From: the human T2T-CHM13v2.0 reference genome, Homo sapiens
Length of the DNA stretch: 64,000 nt
Direction: 5' to 3' (one strand)
Assembly (NCBI RefSeq): GCF_009914755.1
Contig: NC_060930.1
The stretch's first letter is position 1; each line of letters begins with the position of its first letter. The translations under genes were made by a program, and so were the position numbers. Below the pieces are notes generated by a model. It worked only from the letters and a program-made list of their open reading frames with translations. It was not told where the DNA came from and searched no databases. Positions 23,201 through 37,721 of this stretch are shown here, one piece after another.

Positions 23201-26200
23201 CCAAGCGGATATTTAGAGCGCCTTGAAGCCTATGCTAGAAATGGAAATATCTCCCCATAAAACCAAGACGGAAGCAATCTCAGAAACTAATGTGTGATGG
23301 CTGCATTCCACACACACGGTGGACCATTTCTCTTGATAGAGCAGTTTTGAAACACTCTTTCTGTAGAATCTGCAAGTGGATAATTGGACCTCCTAGAGGC
23401 CTTCGTTGGAAACGGGATTTCTTCATCTAAACCTACAGAGAAGAATTCTCAGTAACTTCTTCGGATGTGTGCATTCGACGCACAGAATGGAACATTCCCT
23501 TTGATAGAGCAGTTTTGAGACACCGTTTTTGTAGAATTCCCAAGTGGATATTTAGAGCACTTTGAAGTCTCTGCTAGAAAAGGAAACATCTTCATGTAAA
23601 AAGTAGATAGAATCGTTCTCAGAAAGTGCTTAGTGACGTGTGCGTTCAACTCACAGAGTTTAACGTTTCTTTTGATAGAGCGTTTCTGAAACACCCTTCT
23701 TGTAGTAGCTGCAAGTGGATATTTGGACCTATTGGAGGCCTTCTTTGGAAATGGGATTTCTTCATGTAACTCTAGATTGAAGAGTTCTCAGAAACTCCTT
23801 TGTGATGTGTGCATTCAATTCAAAGAGTGAAACCTCCCTTTTCACAGAGCAGTTTTGAAACACTGTTTTTGTAGGATTTCCAAGGGGATATTTATAGCGC
23901 ATTGAGCCTACGGCGGAAAAAGAAACATCTTCCTATAAAAACTAGACAGAATACTTCTCAGAATCTGCTTTGCGATGTGTGCGTTCAACTCACAGAGTAA
24001 AACTTTTCTTTTGATAGAGCAGTTTTGAAACACTCTTTTTGTAGTATTTGCATGTGTATATTTAGAGCGCATTGAAGCCCACAGTAGAAAAGGAAATAAC
24101 TTCACCTAAAACCTAGACAGAAGCAATCTCAGAAACTACTTTGTGATGTGTACATTCAACTCACAGAGTGGAACTTTCCTCTTTATAGAGCAGTGTTGAA
24201 ACACTCTTTTTGTAGAAACTGCAAGTGGATATTTGGACCTCTTTGAGGCCTTCGTTGGAAACGGGATTTCTTCCTATAACCCTAGACAGAAGAATTTTCA
24301 GAAACCTCATTGTGATGTGTGCGTTCATCTCACAGAGTGGAGTCTTCCGTTTGATAGAGAAGTTTTGAAACCCTGTTCTTGTAGGATTTCCAAGTGGATA
24401 TTTAGACCACTTTGAAGCCTATGATAGAAAAGGAAACATCTTCATGGAAAACATAGATAGAATCATCCTCAGAAACAACTTTGTGATGTGTGCGTTGAAC
24501 TCACCGTCTTTAACCTTTCTTTTGGTAGAGAAGTTTTGAAACACTCTCTTTGTAAAGTCTACAAGTGGATATTTTGAGCCCTTGGAGGCATTCTTTGGAA
24601 AAGGGAATGTCTTCACATAAAAGGCAGACGGAAGTGTTCTCAGAAACTGCTTTGTGATGTCTGTGTTCAACTCACAGAGTTTAACATTTCCTTTGATAGA
24701 GCGGTTTAGTAACCCTCTCTTTGTAGAATTTGGAAGTGTATACTAAGAGCGCTTTGAGGCCTATGGTAGAAAAGGAAATATCTTTCCATAAAAGCTAGAC
24801 AGAAGCAATCTCAGAAACTCCTTTGCGATGTCTGCATTCAACTCACCGAGTGGAACATTCCTCTTGAGAGAGCAGTTTGGAAACACTCTTTCTGTAGAAT
24901 CAGCTTGTTTGTATTTGGACCTCCTTGAGGCCTTCGTTGGAAACGGGTTTTCATCTTATAAACCCAGACAGAAGAATTCTCAGAGTCTTCTTTGTGATGT
25001 GTGCTTTCAACTCACCGAGATAAAGATTTCTCTTGATAGAGCAATTTGGAAACACTCTTTTTGTAGAATTTGCAAGGGTACATTGAGAGCGCTTTCAGGC
25101 CTATGGTAGAAAAGGGAATATCTTTCCATAAAAGGTAGACAGAAGCAATCTCAGAAACTACTTTGTGATGTGTGCATTCAACTCACCGAGTGCAACGTTC
25201 CTCTTGACCGAGCAGTTTGGAAACATTGTTTCTGTAGAATCTGCAAGTGGATATTTGGACCTCTTTGAGGCCTTCGTTGGAAACGGGATTTCTTCCTATA
25301 AACCCAGACAGAAGAATTCTCAGAGACTTCTTTGTGATGTGTGAATTCAACTCACAGTGTGGATCCTTCCTTTTGATAGAGCAGTTTTGAAACCCTGTTT
25401 TTGTAGTATTTCCAAGCGGATATTTGGAACGCCTTGAAGCGTATGGTAGAAAAGGAAATATCTTCCCATAAAACCTAGACAGAACCAATCTCAGAAACGA
25501 CTTTGTGATGTCTGCATTCAAGTCACAGAGTTGAACATTTCTCTTGATAGAGCAGTTTTGAAACCCTCTTTCTGAAGGATCTGCAAGTGGATATTTGGAA
25601 CTCCTTTGGGTCTTCGTTGGAAACGGGATTTCTTCGTATAAATCTAGACAGAAGAATTCTCCGAAACTTCTTTGGTTGTGTGCATTCAAGTCACAGAGTG
25701 GAACCTTCCTTTGGATAGAGCAGTTTGAAACGCCGTGGTTGTAGTATTTCCAAGCGGATATTAGAGCGCCTTGAGGCCTATGGTAGAAAAGGAAATATCT
25801 TCCCATAAAACCTAGACGGAAGCAATCTCAGAAACTACTGTGTGATGGCTGCATTCCACACACACGGTGGAACATTTCTCTTGATAGAGCAGTTTTGAAA
25901 CACTCTTTCTGTAGAATCTGCAAGTGGATAATTGGACCGCCTTGAGGCCTTCGTTGGAAACGGGATTTCTTCATGTTACTCTAGATAGAAGAATTCTCAA
26001 ACACTGCTATGTGATGTTTGCATTCAAGTCACAGAGTGCAACATTCCTCTTGGTAGAGCAGTTGGGAAACACTCCTTTTGTAGAATCTGCAATGGGATAT
26101 TTGGACTTCTTTGAGGCCTTCGTTGGAAACGGGATTTCTTCGTATGAATCTAGACAGAAGAATTCTCAGAAACTTCCTTGTGATGTGTGCATTCAACTCA

Positions 26201-29200
26201 GCGAGTGGCACCTTCCTTTGGATACAGCAGTTTTGAAACACTGTTTTTGTAGTATTTCCAAGCGGATATTTAGAGCGCCTTGAAGCCTATGCTAGAAATG
26301 GAAATATCTCCCCATAAAACCAAGACAGAAGCAATCTCAGAAACTAATGTGTGATGGCTGCATTCCACACACACGGTGGACCATTTCTCTTGATAGAGCA
26401 GTTTTGAAACACTCTTTCTGTAGAATCTGCAAGTGGATAATTGGACCTCCTAGAGGCCTTCGTTGGAAACGGGATTTCTTCATCTAAACCTACAGAGAAG
26501 AATTCTCAGTAACTTCTTCGGATGTGTGCATTCGACGCACAGAATGGAACATTCCCTTTGATAGAGCAGTTTTGAGACACCGTTTTTGTAGAATTCCCAA
26601 GTGGATATTTAGAGCACTTTGAAGTCTCTGCTAGAAAAGGAAACATCTTCATGTAAAAAGTAGATAGAATCGTTCTCAGAAAGTGCTTAGTGACGTGTGC
26701 GTTCAACTCACAGAGTTTAACGTTTCTTTTGATAGAGCGTTTCTGAAACACCCTTCTTGTAGTAGCTGCAAGTGGATATTTGGACCTATTGGAGGCCTTC
26801 TTTGGAAACGGGATTTCTTCATGTAACTCTAGATTGAAGAGTTCTCAGAAACTCCTTTGTGATGTGTGCATTCAATTCAAAGAGTGAAACCTCCCTTTTC
26901 ACAGAGCAGTTTTGAAACACTGTTTTTGTAGGATTTCCAAGGGGATATTTATAGCGCATTGAGCCTACGGCGGAAAAAGAAACATCTTCCTATAAAAACT
27001 AGACAGAATACTTCTCAGAATCTGCTTTGCGATGTGTGCGTTCAACTCACAGAGTAAAACTTTTCTTTTGATAGAGCAGTTTTGAAACACTCTTTTTGTA
27101 GTATTTGCATGTGTATATTTAGAGCGCATTGAAGCCCACAGTAGAAAAGGAAATAACTTCACCTAAAACCTAGACAGAAGCAATCTCAGAAACTACTTTG
27201 TGATGTGTACATTCAACTCACAGAGTGGAACTTTCCTCTTTATAGAGCAGTGTTGAAACACTCTTTTTGTAGAAACTGCAAGTGGATATTTGGACCTCTT
27301 TGAGGCCTTCGTTGGAAACGGGATTTCTTCCTATAACCCTAGACAGAAGAATTTTCAGAAACCTCATTGTGATGTGTGCGTTCATCTCACAGAGTGGAGT
27401 CTTCCGTTTGATAGAGAAGTTTTGAAACCCTGTTCTTGTAGGATTTCCAAGTGGATATTTAGACCACTTTGAAGCCTATGATAGAAAAGGAAACATCTTC
27501 ATGGAAAACATAGATAGAATCATCCTCAGAAACAACTTTGTGATGTGTGCGTTGAACTCACCGTCTTTAACCTTTCTTTTGGTAGAGAAGTTTTGAAATA
27601 CTCTCTTTGTAAAGTCTACAAGTGGATATTTTGAGCCCTTGGAGGCATTCTTTGGAAAAGGGAATGTCTTCACATAAAAGGCAGACGGAAGTGTTCTCAG
27701 AAACTGCTTTGTGATGTCTGTGTTCAACTCACAGAGTTTAACATTTCCTTTGATAGAGCGGTTTAGTAACCCTCTCTTTGTAGAATTTGGAAGTGTATAC
27801 TAAGAGCGCTTTGAGGCCTATGGTAGAAAAGGAAATATCTTTCCATAAAAGCTAGACAGAAGCAATCTCAGAAACTCCTTTGCGATGTCTGCATTCAACT
27901 CACCGAGTGGAACATTCCTCTTGAGAGAGCAGTTTGGAAACACTCTTTCTGTAGAATCAGCTTGTTTGTATTTGGACCTCCTTGAGGCCTTCGTTGGAAA
28001 CGGGTTTTCATCTTATAAACCCAGACAGAAGAATTCTCAGAGTCTTCTTTGTGATGTGTGCTTTCAACTCACCGAGATAAAGATTTCTCTTGATAGAGCA
28101 ATTTGGAAACACTCTTTTTGTAGAATTTGCAAGGGTACATTGAGAGCGCTTTCAGGCCTATGGTAGAAAAGGGAATATCTTTCCATAAAAGGTAGACAGA
28201 AGCAATCTCAGAAACTACTTTGTGATGTGTGCATTCAACTCACCGAGTGCAACGTTCCTCTTGACCGAGCAGTTTGGAAACATTGTTTCTGTAGAATCTG
28301 CAAGTGGATATTTGGACCTCTTTGAGGCCTTCGTTGGAAACGGGATTTCTTCCTATAAACCCAGACAGAAGAATTCTCAGAGACTTCTTTGTGATGTGTG
28401 AATTCAACTCACAGTGTGGATCCTTCCTTTTGATAGAGCAGTTTTGAAACCCTGTTTTTGTAGTATTTCCAAGCGGATATTTGGAACGCCTTGAAGCGTA
28501 TGGTAGAAAAGGAAATATCTTCCCATAAAACCTAGACAGAACCAATCTCAGAAACGACTTTGTGATGTCTGCATTCAAGTCACAGAGTTGAACATTTCTC
28601 TTGATAGAGCAGTTTTGAAACCCTCTTTCTGAAGGATCTGCAAGTGGATATTTGGAACTCCTTTGGGTCTTCGTTGGAAACGGGATTTCTTCGTATAAAT
28701 CTAGACAGAAGAATTCTCCGAAACTTCTTTGGTTGTGTGCATTCAAGTCACAGAGTGGAACCTTCCTTTGGATAGAGCAGTTTGAAACGCCGTGGTTGTA
28801 GTATTTCCAAGCGGATATTAGAGCGCCTTGAGGCCTATGGTAGAAAAGGAAATATCTTCCCATAAAACCTAGACGGAAGCAATCTCAGAAACTACTGTGT
28901 GATGGCTGCATTCCACACACACGGTGGAACATTTCTCTTGATAGAGCAGTTTTGAAACACTCTTTCTGTAGAATCTGCAAGTGGATAATTGGACCGCCTT
29001 GAGGCCTTCGTTGGAAACGGGATTTCTTCATGTTACTCTAGATAGAAGAATTCTCAAACACTGCTATGTGATGTTTGCATTCAAGTCACAGAGTGCAACA
29101 TTCCTCTTGGTAGAGCAGTTGGGAAACACTCCTTTTGTAGAATCTGCAATGGGATATTTGGACTTCTTTGAGGCCTTCGTTGGAAACGGGATTTCTTCGT

Positions 29201-29562
29201 ATGAATCTAGACAGAAGAATTCTCAGAAACTTCCTTGTGATGTGTGCATTCAACTCAGCGAGTGGCACCTTCCTTTGGATACAGCAGTTTTGAAACACTG
29301 TTTTTGTAGTATTTCCAAGCGGATATTTAGAGCGCCTTGAAGCCTATGCTAGAAATGGAAATATCTCCCCATAAAACCAAGACGGAAGCAATCTCAGAAA
29401 CTAATGTGTGATGGCTGCATTCCACACACACGGTGGACCATTTCTCTTGATAGAGCAGTTTTGAAACACTCTTTCTGTAGAATCTGCAAGTGGATAATTG
29501 GACCTCCTAGAGGCCTTCGTTGGAAACGGGATTTCTTCATCTAAACCTACAGAGAAGAATTC
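14278..29562 (+). repeat. HOR units 6-10: canonical 18-mers (5 x 3057 bp)
   Basis: Landmarks 14278, 17335, 20392, 23449, 26506, 29563. Confidence 0.93.
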
Positions 29563-32113
29563 TCAGTAACTTCTTCGGATGTGTGCATTCGACGCACAGA
29601 ATGGAACATTCCCTTTGATAGAGCAGTTTTGAGACACCGTTTTTGTAGAATTCCCAAGTGGATATTTAGAGCACTTTGAAGTCTCTGCTAGAAAAGGAAA
29701 CATCTTCATGTAAAAAGTAGATAGAATCGTTCTCAGAAAGTGCTTAGTGACGTGTGCGTTCAACTCACAGAGTTTAACGTTTCTTTTGATAGAGCGTTTC
29801 TGAAACACCCTTCTTGTAGTAGCTGCAAGTGGATATTTGGACCTATTGGAGGCCTTCTTTGGAAATGGGATTTCTTCATGTAACTCTAGATTGAAGAGTT
29901 CTCAGAAACTCCTTTGTGATGTGTGCATTCAATTCAAAGAGTGAAACCTCCCTTTTCACAGAGCAGTTTTGAAACACTGTTTTTGTAGGATTTCCAAGGG
30001 GATATTTATAGCGCATTGAGCCTACGGCGGAAAAAGAAACATCTTCCTATAAAAACTAGACAGAATACTTCTCAGAATCTGCTTTGCGATGTGTGCGTTC
30101 AACTCACAGAGTAAAACTTTTCTTTTGATAGAGCAGTTTTGAAACACTCTTTTTGTAGTATTTGCATGTGTATATTTAGAGCGCATTGAAGCCCACAGTA
30201 GAAAAGGAAATAACTTCACCTAAAACCTAGACAGAAGCAATCTCAGAAACTACTTTGTGATGTGTACATTCAACTCACAGAGTGGAACTTTCCTCTTTAT
30301 AGAGCAGTGTTGAAACACTCTTTTTGTAGAAACTGCAAGTGGATATTTGGACCTCTTTGAGGCCTTCGTTGGAAACGGGATTTCTTCCTATAACCCTAGA
30401 CAGAAGAATTTTCAGAAACCTCATTGTGATGTGTGCGTTCATCTCACAGAGTGGAGTCTTCCGTTTGATAGAGAAGTTTTGAAACCCTGTTCTTGTAGGA
30501 TTTCCAAGTGGATATTTAGACCACTTTGAAGCCTATGATAGAAAAGGAAACATCTTCATGGAAAACATAGATAGAATCATCCTCAGAAACAACTTTGTGA
30601 TGTGTGCGTTGAACTCACCGTCTTTAACCTTTCTTTTGGTAGAGAAGTTTTGAAACACTCTCTTTGTAAAGTCTACAAGTGGATATTTTGAGCCCTTGGA
30701 GGCATTCTTTGGAAAAGGGAATGTCTTCACATAAAAGGCAGACGGAAGTGTTCTCAGAAACTGCTTTGTGATGTCTGTGTTCAACTCACAGAGTTTAACA
30801 TTTCCTTTGATAGAGCGGTTTAGTAACCCTCTCTTTGTAGAATTTGGAAGTGTATACTAAGAGCGCTTTGAGGCCTATGGTAGAAAAGGAAATATCTTTC
30901 CATAAAAGCTAGACAGAAGCAATCTCAGAAACTCCTTTGCGATGTCTGCATTCAACTCACCGAGTGGAACATTCCTCTTGAGAGAGCAGTTTGGAAACAC
31001 TCTTTCTGTAGAATCAGCTTGTTTGTATTTGGACCTCCTTGAGGCCTTCGTTGGAAACGGGTTTTCATCTTATAAACCCAGACAGAAGAATTCTCAGAGT
31101 CTTCTTTGTGATGTGTGCTTTCAACTCACCGAGATAAAGATTTCTCTTGATAGAGCAATTTGGAAACACTCTTTTTGTAGAATTTGCAAGGGTACATTGA
31201 GAGCGCTTTCAGGCCTATGGTAGAAAAGGGAATATCTTTCCATAAAAGGTAGACAGAAGCAATCTCAGAAACTACTTTGTGATGTGTGCATTCAACTCAC
31301 CGAGTGCAACGTTCCTCTTGACCGAGCAGTTTGGAAACATTGTTTCTGTAGAATCTGCAAGTGGATATTTGGACCTCTTTGAGGCCTTCGTTGGAAACGG
31401 GATTTCTTCCTATAAACCCAGACAGAAGAATTCTCAGAGACTTCTTTGTGATGTGTGAATTCAACTCACAGTGTGGATCCTTCCTTTTGATAGAGCAGTT
31501 TTGAAACCCTGTTTTTGTAGTATTTCCAAGCGGATATTTGGAACGCCTTGAAGCGTATGGTAGAAAAGGAAATATCTTCCCATAAAACCTAGACAGAACC
31601 AATCTCAGAAACGACTTTGTGATGTCTGCATTCAAGTCACAGAGTTGAACATTTCTCTTGATAGAGCAGTTTTGAAACCCTCTTTCTGAAGGATCTGCAA
31701 GTGGATATTTGGAACTCCTTTGGGTCTTCGTTGGAAACGGGATTTCTTCGTATAAATCTAGACAGAAGAATTCTCAGAAACTTCCTTGTGATGTGTGCAT
31801 TCAACTCAGCGAGTGGCACCTTCCTTTGGATACAGCAGTTTTGAAACACTGTTTTTGTAGTATTTCCAAGCGGATATTTAGAGCGCCTTGAAGCCTATGC
31901 TAGAAATGGAAATATCTCCCCATAAAACCAAGACGGAAGCAATCTCAGAAACTAATGTGTGATGGCTGCATTCCACACACACGGTGGACCATTTCTCTTG
32001 ATAGAGCAGTTTTGAAACACTCTTTCTGTAGAATCTGCAAGTGGATAATTGGACCTCCGAGAGGCCTTCGTTGGAAACGGGATTTCTTCATCTAAACCTA
32101 CAGAGAAGTATTC
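29563..32113 (+). repeat. HOR unit 11: 15-mer variant (2551 bp)
   Basis: Spacing 2551, with the junction within 31755-31775. Confidence 0.93.
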
Positions 32114-35100
32114 TCAGTAACTTCTTCGGATGTGTGCATTCGACGCACAGAATGGAACATTCCCTTTGATAGAGCAGTTTTGAGACACCGTTTTTGTAGA
32201 ATTCCCAAGTGGATATTTAGAGCACTTTGAAGTCTCTGCTAGAAAAGGAAACATCATCATGTAAAAAGTAGATAGAATCGTTCTCAGAAAGTGCTTAGTG
32301 TCGTGTGCGTTCAACTCACAGAGTTTAACGTTTCTTTTGATAGAGCGTTTCTGAAACACCCTTCTTGTAGTAGCTGCAAGTGGATATTTGGACCTATTGG
32401 AGGCCTTCTTTGGAAACGGGATTTCTTCATGTAACTCTAGATTGAAGAATTCTCAGAAACTCCTTTGTGATGTGTGCATTCAATTCAAAGAGTGAAACCT
32501 CTCTTTTCACAGAGCAGTTTTGAAACACTGTTTTTGTAGGATTTCCAAGGGGATATTTATAGCGCATTGAGCCTACGGCGGAAAAAGAAACATCTTCCTA
32601 TAAAAACTAGACAGAATACTTCTCAGAATCTGCTTTGCGATGTGTGCGTTCAACTCACAGAGTAAAACTTTTCTTTTGATAGAGCAGTTTTGAAACACTC
32701 TTTTTGTAGTATTTGCATGTGTATATTTAGAGCGCATTGAAGCCCACAGTAGAAAAGGAAATAACTTCACCTAAAACCTAGACAGAAGCAATCTCAGAAA
32801 CTACTTTGTGATGTGTACATTCAACTCACAGAGTGGAACTTTCCTCTTTATAGAGCAGTGTTGAAACACTCTTTTTGTAGAAACTGCAAGTGGATATTTG
32901 GACCTCTTTGAGGCCTTCGTTGGAAACGGGATTTCTTCCTATAACCCTAGACAGAAGAATTTTCAGAAACCTCATTGTGATGTGTGCGTTCATCTCACAG
33001 AGTGGAGTCTTCCGTTTGATAGAGAAGTTTTGAAACCCTGTTCTTGTAGGATTTCCAAGTGGATATTTAGACCACTTTGAAGCCTATGATAGAAAAGGAA
33101 ACATCTTCATGGAAAACATAGATAGAATCATCCTCAGAAACAACTTTGTGATGTGTGCGTTGAACTCACCGTCTTTAACCTTTCTTTTGGTAGAGAAGTT
33201 TTGAAACACTCTCTTTGTAAAGTCTACAAGTGGATATTTTGAGCCCTTGGAGGCATTCTTTGGAAAAGGGAATGTCTTCACATAAAAGGCAGACGGAAGT
33301 GTTCTCAGAAACTGCTTTGTGATGTCTGTGTTCAACTCACAGAGTTTAACATTTCCTTTGATAGAGCGGTTTAGTAACCCTCTCTTTGTAGAATTTGGAA
33401 GTGTATACTAAGAGCGCTTTGAGGCCTATGGTAGAAAAGGAAATATCTTTCCATAAAAGCTAGACAGAAGCAATCTCGGAAACTCCTTTGTGATGTCTGC
33501 ATTCAACTCACCGAGTGGAACATTCCTCTTGAGAGAGCAGTTTGGAAACACTCTTTCTGTAGAATCAGCTTGTTTGTATTTGGACCTCCTTGAGGCCTTC
33601 GTTGGAAACGGGTTTTCATCTTATAAACCCAGACAGAAGAATTCTCAGAGTCTTCTTTGTGATGTGTGCTTTCAACTCACCGAGATAAAGATTTCTCTTG
33701 ATAGAGCAATTTGGAAACACTCTTTTTGTAGAATTTGCAAGGGTACATTGAGAGCGCTTTCAGGCCTATGGTAGAAAAGGGAATATCTTTCCATAAAAGG
33801 TAGACAGAAGCAATCTCAGAAACTACTTTGTGATGTGTGCATTCAACTCACCGAGTGCAACGTTCCTCTTGACCGAGCAGTTTGGAAACATTGTTTCTGT
33901 AGAATCTGCAAGTGGATATTTGGACCTCTTTGAGGCCTTCGTTGGAAACGGGATTTCTTCCTATAAACCCAGACAGAAGAATTCTCAGAGACTTCTTTGT
34001 GATGTGTGAATTCAACTCACAGTGTGGATCCTTCCTTTTGATAGAGCAGTTTTGAAACCCTGTTTTTGTAGTATTTCCAAGCGGATATTTGGAACGCCTT
34101 GAAGCGTATGGTAGAAAAGGAAATATCTTCCCATAAAACCTAGACAGAACCAATCTCAGAAACGACTTTGTGATGTCTGCATTCAAGTCACAGAGTTGAA
34201 CATTTCTCTTGATAGAGCAGTTTTGAAACCCTCTTTCTGAAGGATCTGCAAGTGGATATTTGGAACTCCTTTGGGTCTTCGTTGGAAACGGGATTTCTTC
34301 GTATAAATCTAGACAGAAGAATTCTCCGAAACTTCTTTGGTTGTGTGCATTCAAGTCACAGAGTGGAACCTTCCTTTGGATAGAGCAGTTTGAAACGCCG
34401 TGGTTGTAGTATTTCCAAGCGGATATTAGAGCGCCTTGAGGCCTATGGTAGAAAAGGAAATATCTTCCCATAAAACCTAGACGGAAGCAATCTCAGAAAC
34501 TACTGTGTGATGGCTGCATTCCACACACACGGTGGAACATTTCTCTTGATAGAGCAGTTTTGAAACACTCTTTCTGTAGAATCTGCAAGTGGATAATTGG
34601 ACCGCCTTGAGGCCTTCGTTGGAAACGGGATTTCTTCATGTTACTCTAGATAGAAGAATTCTCAAACACTGCTATGTGATGTTTGCATTCAAGTCACAGA
34701 GTGCAACATTCCTCTTGGTAGAGCAGTTGGGAAACACTCCTTTTGTAGAATCTGCAATGGGATATTTGGACTTCTTTGAGGCCTTCGTTGGAAACGGGAT
34801 TTCTTCGTATGAATCTAGACAGAAGAATTCTCAGAAACTTCCTTGTGATGTGTGCATTCAACTCAGCGAGTGGCACCTTCCTTTGGATACAGCAGTTTTG
34901 AAACACTGTTTTTGTAGTATTTCCAAGCGGATATTTAGAGCGCCTTGAAGCCTATGCTAGAAATGGAAATATCTCCCCATAAAACCAAGACGGAAGCAAT
35001 CTCAGAAACTAATGTGTGATGGCTGCATTCCACACACACGGTGGACCATTTCTCTTGATAGAGCAGTTTTGAAACACTCTTTCTGTAGAATCTGCAAGTG

Positions 35101-35170
35101 GATAATTGGACCTCCTAGAGGCCTTCGTTGGAAACGGGATTTCTTCATCTAAACCTACAGAGAAGAATTC
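32114..35170 (+). repeat. HOR unit 12: canonical 18-mer
   Basis: Spacing 3057. Confidence 0.93.
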
Positions 35171-37721
35171 TCAGTAACTTCTTCGGATGTGTGCATTCGA
35201 CGCACAGAATGGAACATTCCCTTTGATAGAGCAGTTTTGAGACACCGTTTTTGTAGAATTCCCAAGTGGATATTTAGAGCACTTTGAAGTCTCTGCTAGA
35301 AAAGGAAACATCTTCATGTAAAAAGTAGATAGAATCGTTCTCAGAAAGTGCTTAGTGACGTGTGCGTTCAACTCACAGAGTTTAACGTTTCTTTTGATAG
35401 AGCGTTTCTGAAACACCCTTCTTGTAGTAGCTGCAAGTGGATATTTGGACCTATTGGAGGCCTTCTTTGGAAACGGGATTTCTTCATGTAACTCTAGATT
35501 GAAGAGTTCTCAGAAACTCCTTTGTGATGTGTGCATTCAATTCAAAGAGTGAAACCTCCCTTTTCACAGAGCAGTTTTGAAACACTGTTTTTGTAGGATT
35601 TCCAAGGGGATATTTATAGCGCATTGAGCCTACGGCGGAAAAAGAAACATCTTCCTATAAAAACTAGACAGAATACTTCTCAGAATCTGCTTTGCGATGT
35701 GTGCATTCAACTCACAGAGTAAAACTTTTCTTTTGATAGAGCAGTTTTGAAACACTCTTTTTGTAGTATTTGCATGTGTATATTTAGAGCGCATTGAAGC
35801 CCACAGTAGAAAAGGAAATAACTTCACCTAAAACCTAGACAGAAGCAATCTCAGAAACTACTTTGTGATGTGTACATTCAACTCACAGAGTGGAACTTTC
35901 CTCTTTATAGAGCAGTGTTGAAACACTCTTTTTGTAGAAACTGCAAGTGGATATTTGGACCTCTTTGAGGCCTTCGTTGGAAACGGGATTTCTTCCTATA
36001 ACCCTAGACAGAAGAATTTTCAGAAACCTCATTGTGATGTGTGCGTTCATCTCACAGAGTGGAGTCTTCCGTTTGATAGAGAAGTTTTGAAACCCTGTTC
36101 TTGTAGGATTTCCAAGTGGATATTTAGACCACTTTGAAGCCTATGATAGAAAAGGAAACATCTTCATGGAAAACATAGATAGAATCATCCTCAGAAACAA
36201 CTTTGTGATGTGTGCGTTGAACTCACCGTCTTTAACCTTTCTTTTGGTAGAGAAGTTTTGAAACACTCTCTTTGTAAAGTCTACAAGTGGATATTTTGAG
36301 CCCTTGGAGGCATTCTTTGGAAAAGGGAATGTCTTCACATAAAAGGCAGACGGAAGTGTTCTCAGAAACTGCTTTGTGATGTCTGTGTTCAACTCACAGA
36401 GTTTAACATTTCCTTTGATAGAGCGGTTTAGTAACCCTCTCTTTGTAGAATTTGGAAGTGTATACTAAGAGCGCTTTGAGGCCTATGGTAGAAAAGGAAA
36501 TATCTTTCCATAAAAGATAGACAGAAGCAATCTCAGAAACTCCTTTGCGATGTCTGCATTCAACTCACCGAGTGGAACATTCCTCTTGAGAGAGCAGTTT
36601 GGAAACACTCTTTCTGTAGAATCAGCTTGTTTGTATTTGGACCTCCTTGAGGCCTTCGTTGGAAACGGGTTTTCATCTTATAAACCCAGACAGAAGAATT
36701 CTCAGAGTCTTCTTTGTGATGTGTGCTTTCAACTCACCGAGATAAAGATTTCTCTTGATAGAGCAATTTGGAAACACTCTTTTTGTAGAATTTGCAAGGG
36801 TACATTGAGAGCGCTTTCAGGCCTATGGTAGAAAAGGGAATATCTTTCCATAAAAGGTAGACAGAAGCAATCTCAGAAACTACTTTGTGATGTGTGCATT
36901 CAACTCACCGAGTGCAACGTTCCTCTTGACGGAGCAGTTTGGAAACATTGTTTCTGTAGAATCTGCAAGTGGATATTTGGACCTCTTTGAGGCCTTCGTT
37001 GGAAACGGGATTTCTTCCTATAAACCCAGACAGAAGAATTCTCAGAGACTTCTTTGTGATGTGTGAATTCAACTCACAGTGTGGATCCTTCCTTTTGATA
37101 GAGCAGTTTTGAAACCCTGTTTTTGTAGTATTTCCAAGCGGATATTTGGAACGCCTTGAAGCGTATGGTAGAAAAGGAAATATCTTCCCATAAAACCTAG
37201 ACAGAACCAATCTCAGAAACGACTTTGTGATGTCTGCATTCAAGTCACAGAGTTGAACATTTCTCTTGATAGAGCAGTTTTGAAACCCTCTTTCTGAAGG
37301 ATCTGCAAGTGGATATTTGGAACTCCTTTGGGTCTTCGTTGGAAACGGGATTTCTTCGTATAAATCTAGACAGAAGAATTCTCAGAAACTTCCTTGTGAT
37401 GTGTGCATTCAACTCAGCGAGTGGCACCTTCCTTTGGATACAGCAGTTTTGAAACACTGTTTTTGTAGTATTTCCAAGCGGATATTTAGAGCGCCTTGAA
37501 GCCTATGCTAGAAATGGAAATATCTCCCCATAAAACCAAGACGGAAGCAATCTCAGAAACTAATGTGTGATGGCTGCATTCCACACACACGGTGGACCAT
37601 TTCTCTTGATAGAGCAGTTTTGAAACACTCTTTCTGTAGAATCTGCAAGTGGATAATTGGACCTCCGAGAGGCCTTCGTTGGAAACGGGATTTCTTCATC
37701 TAAACCTACAGAGAAGTATTC
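35171..37721 (+). repeat. HOR unit 13: 15-mer variant (2551 bp)
   Basis: Spacing 2551, with the junction within 37363-37383. Confidence 0.93.
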
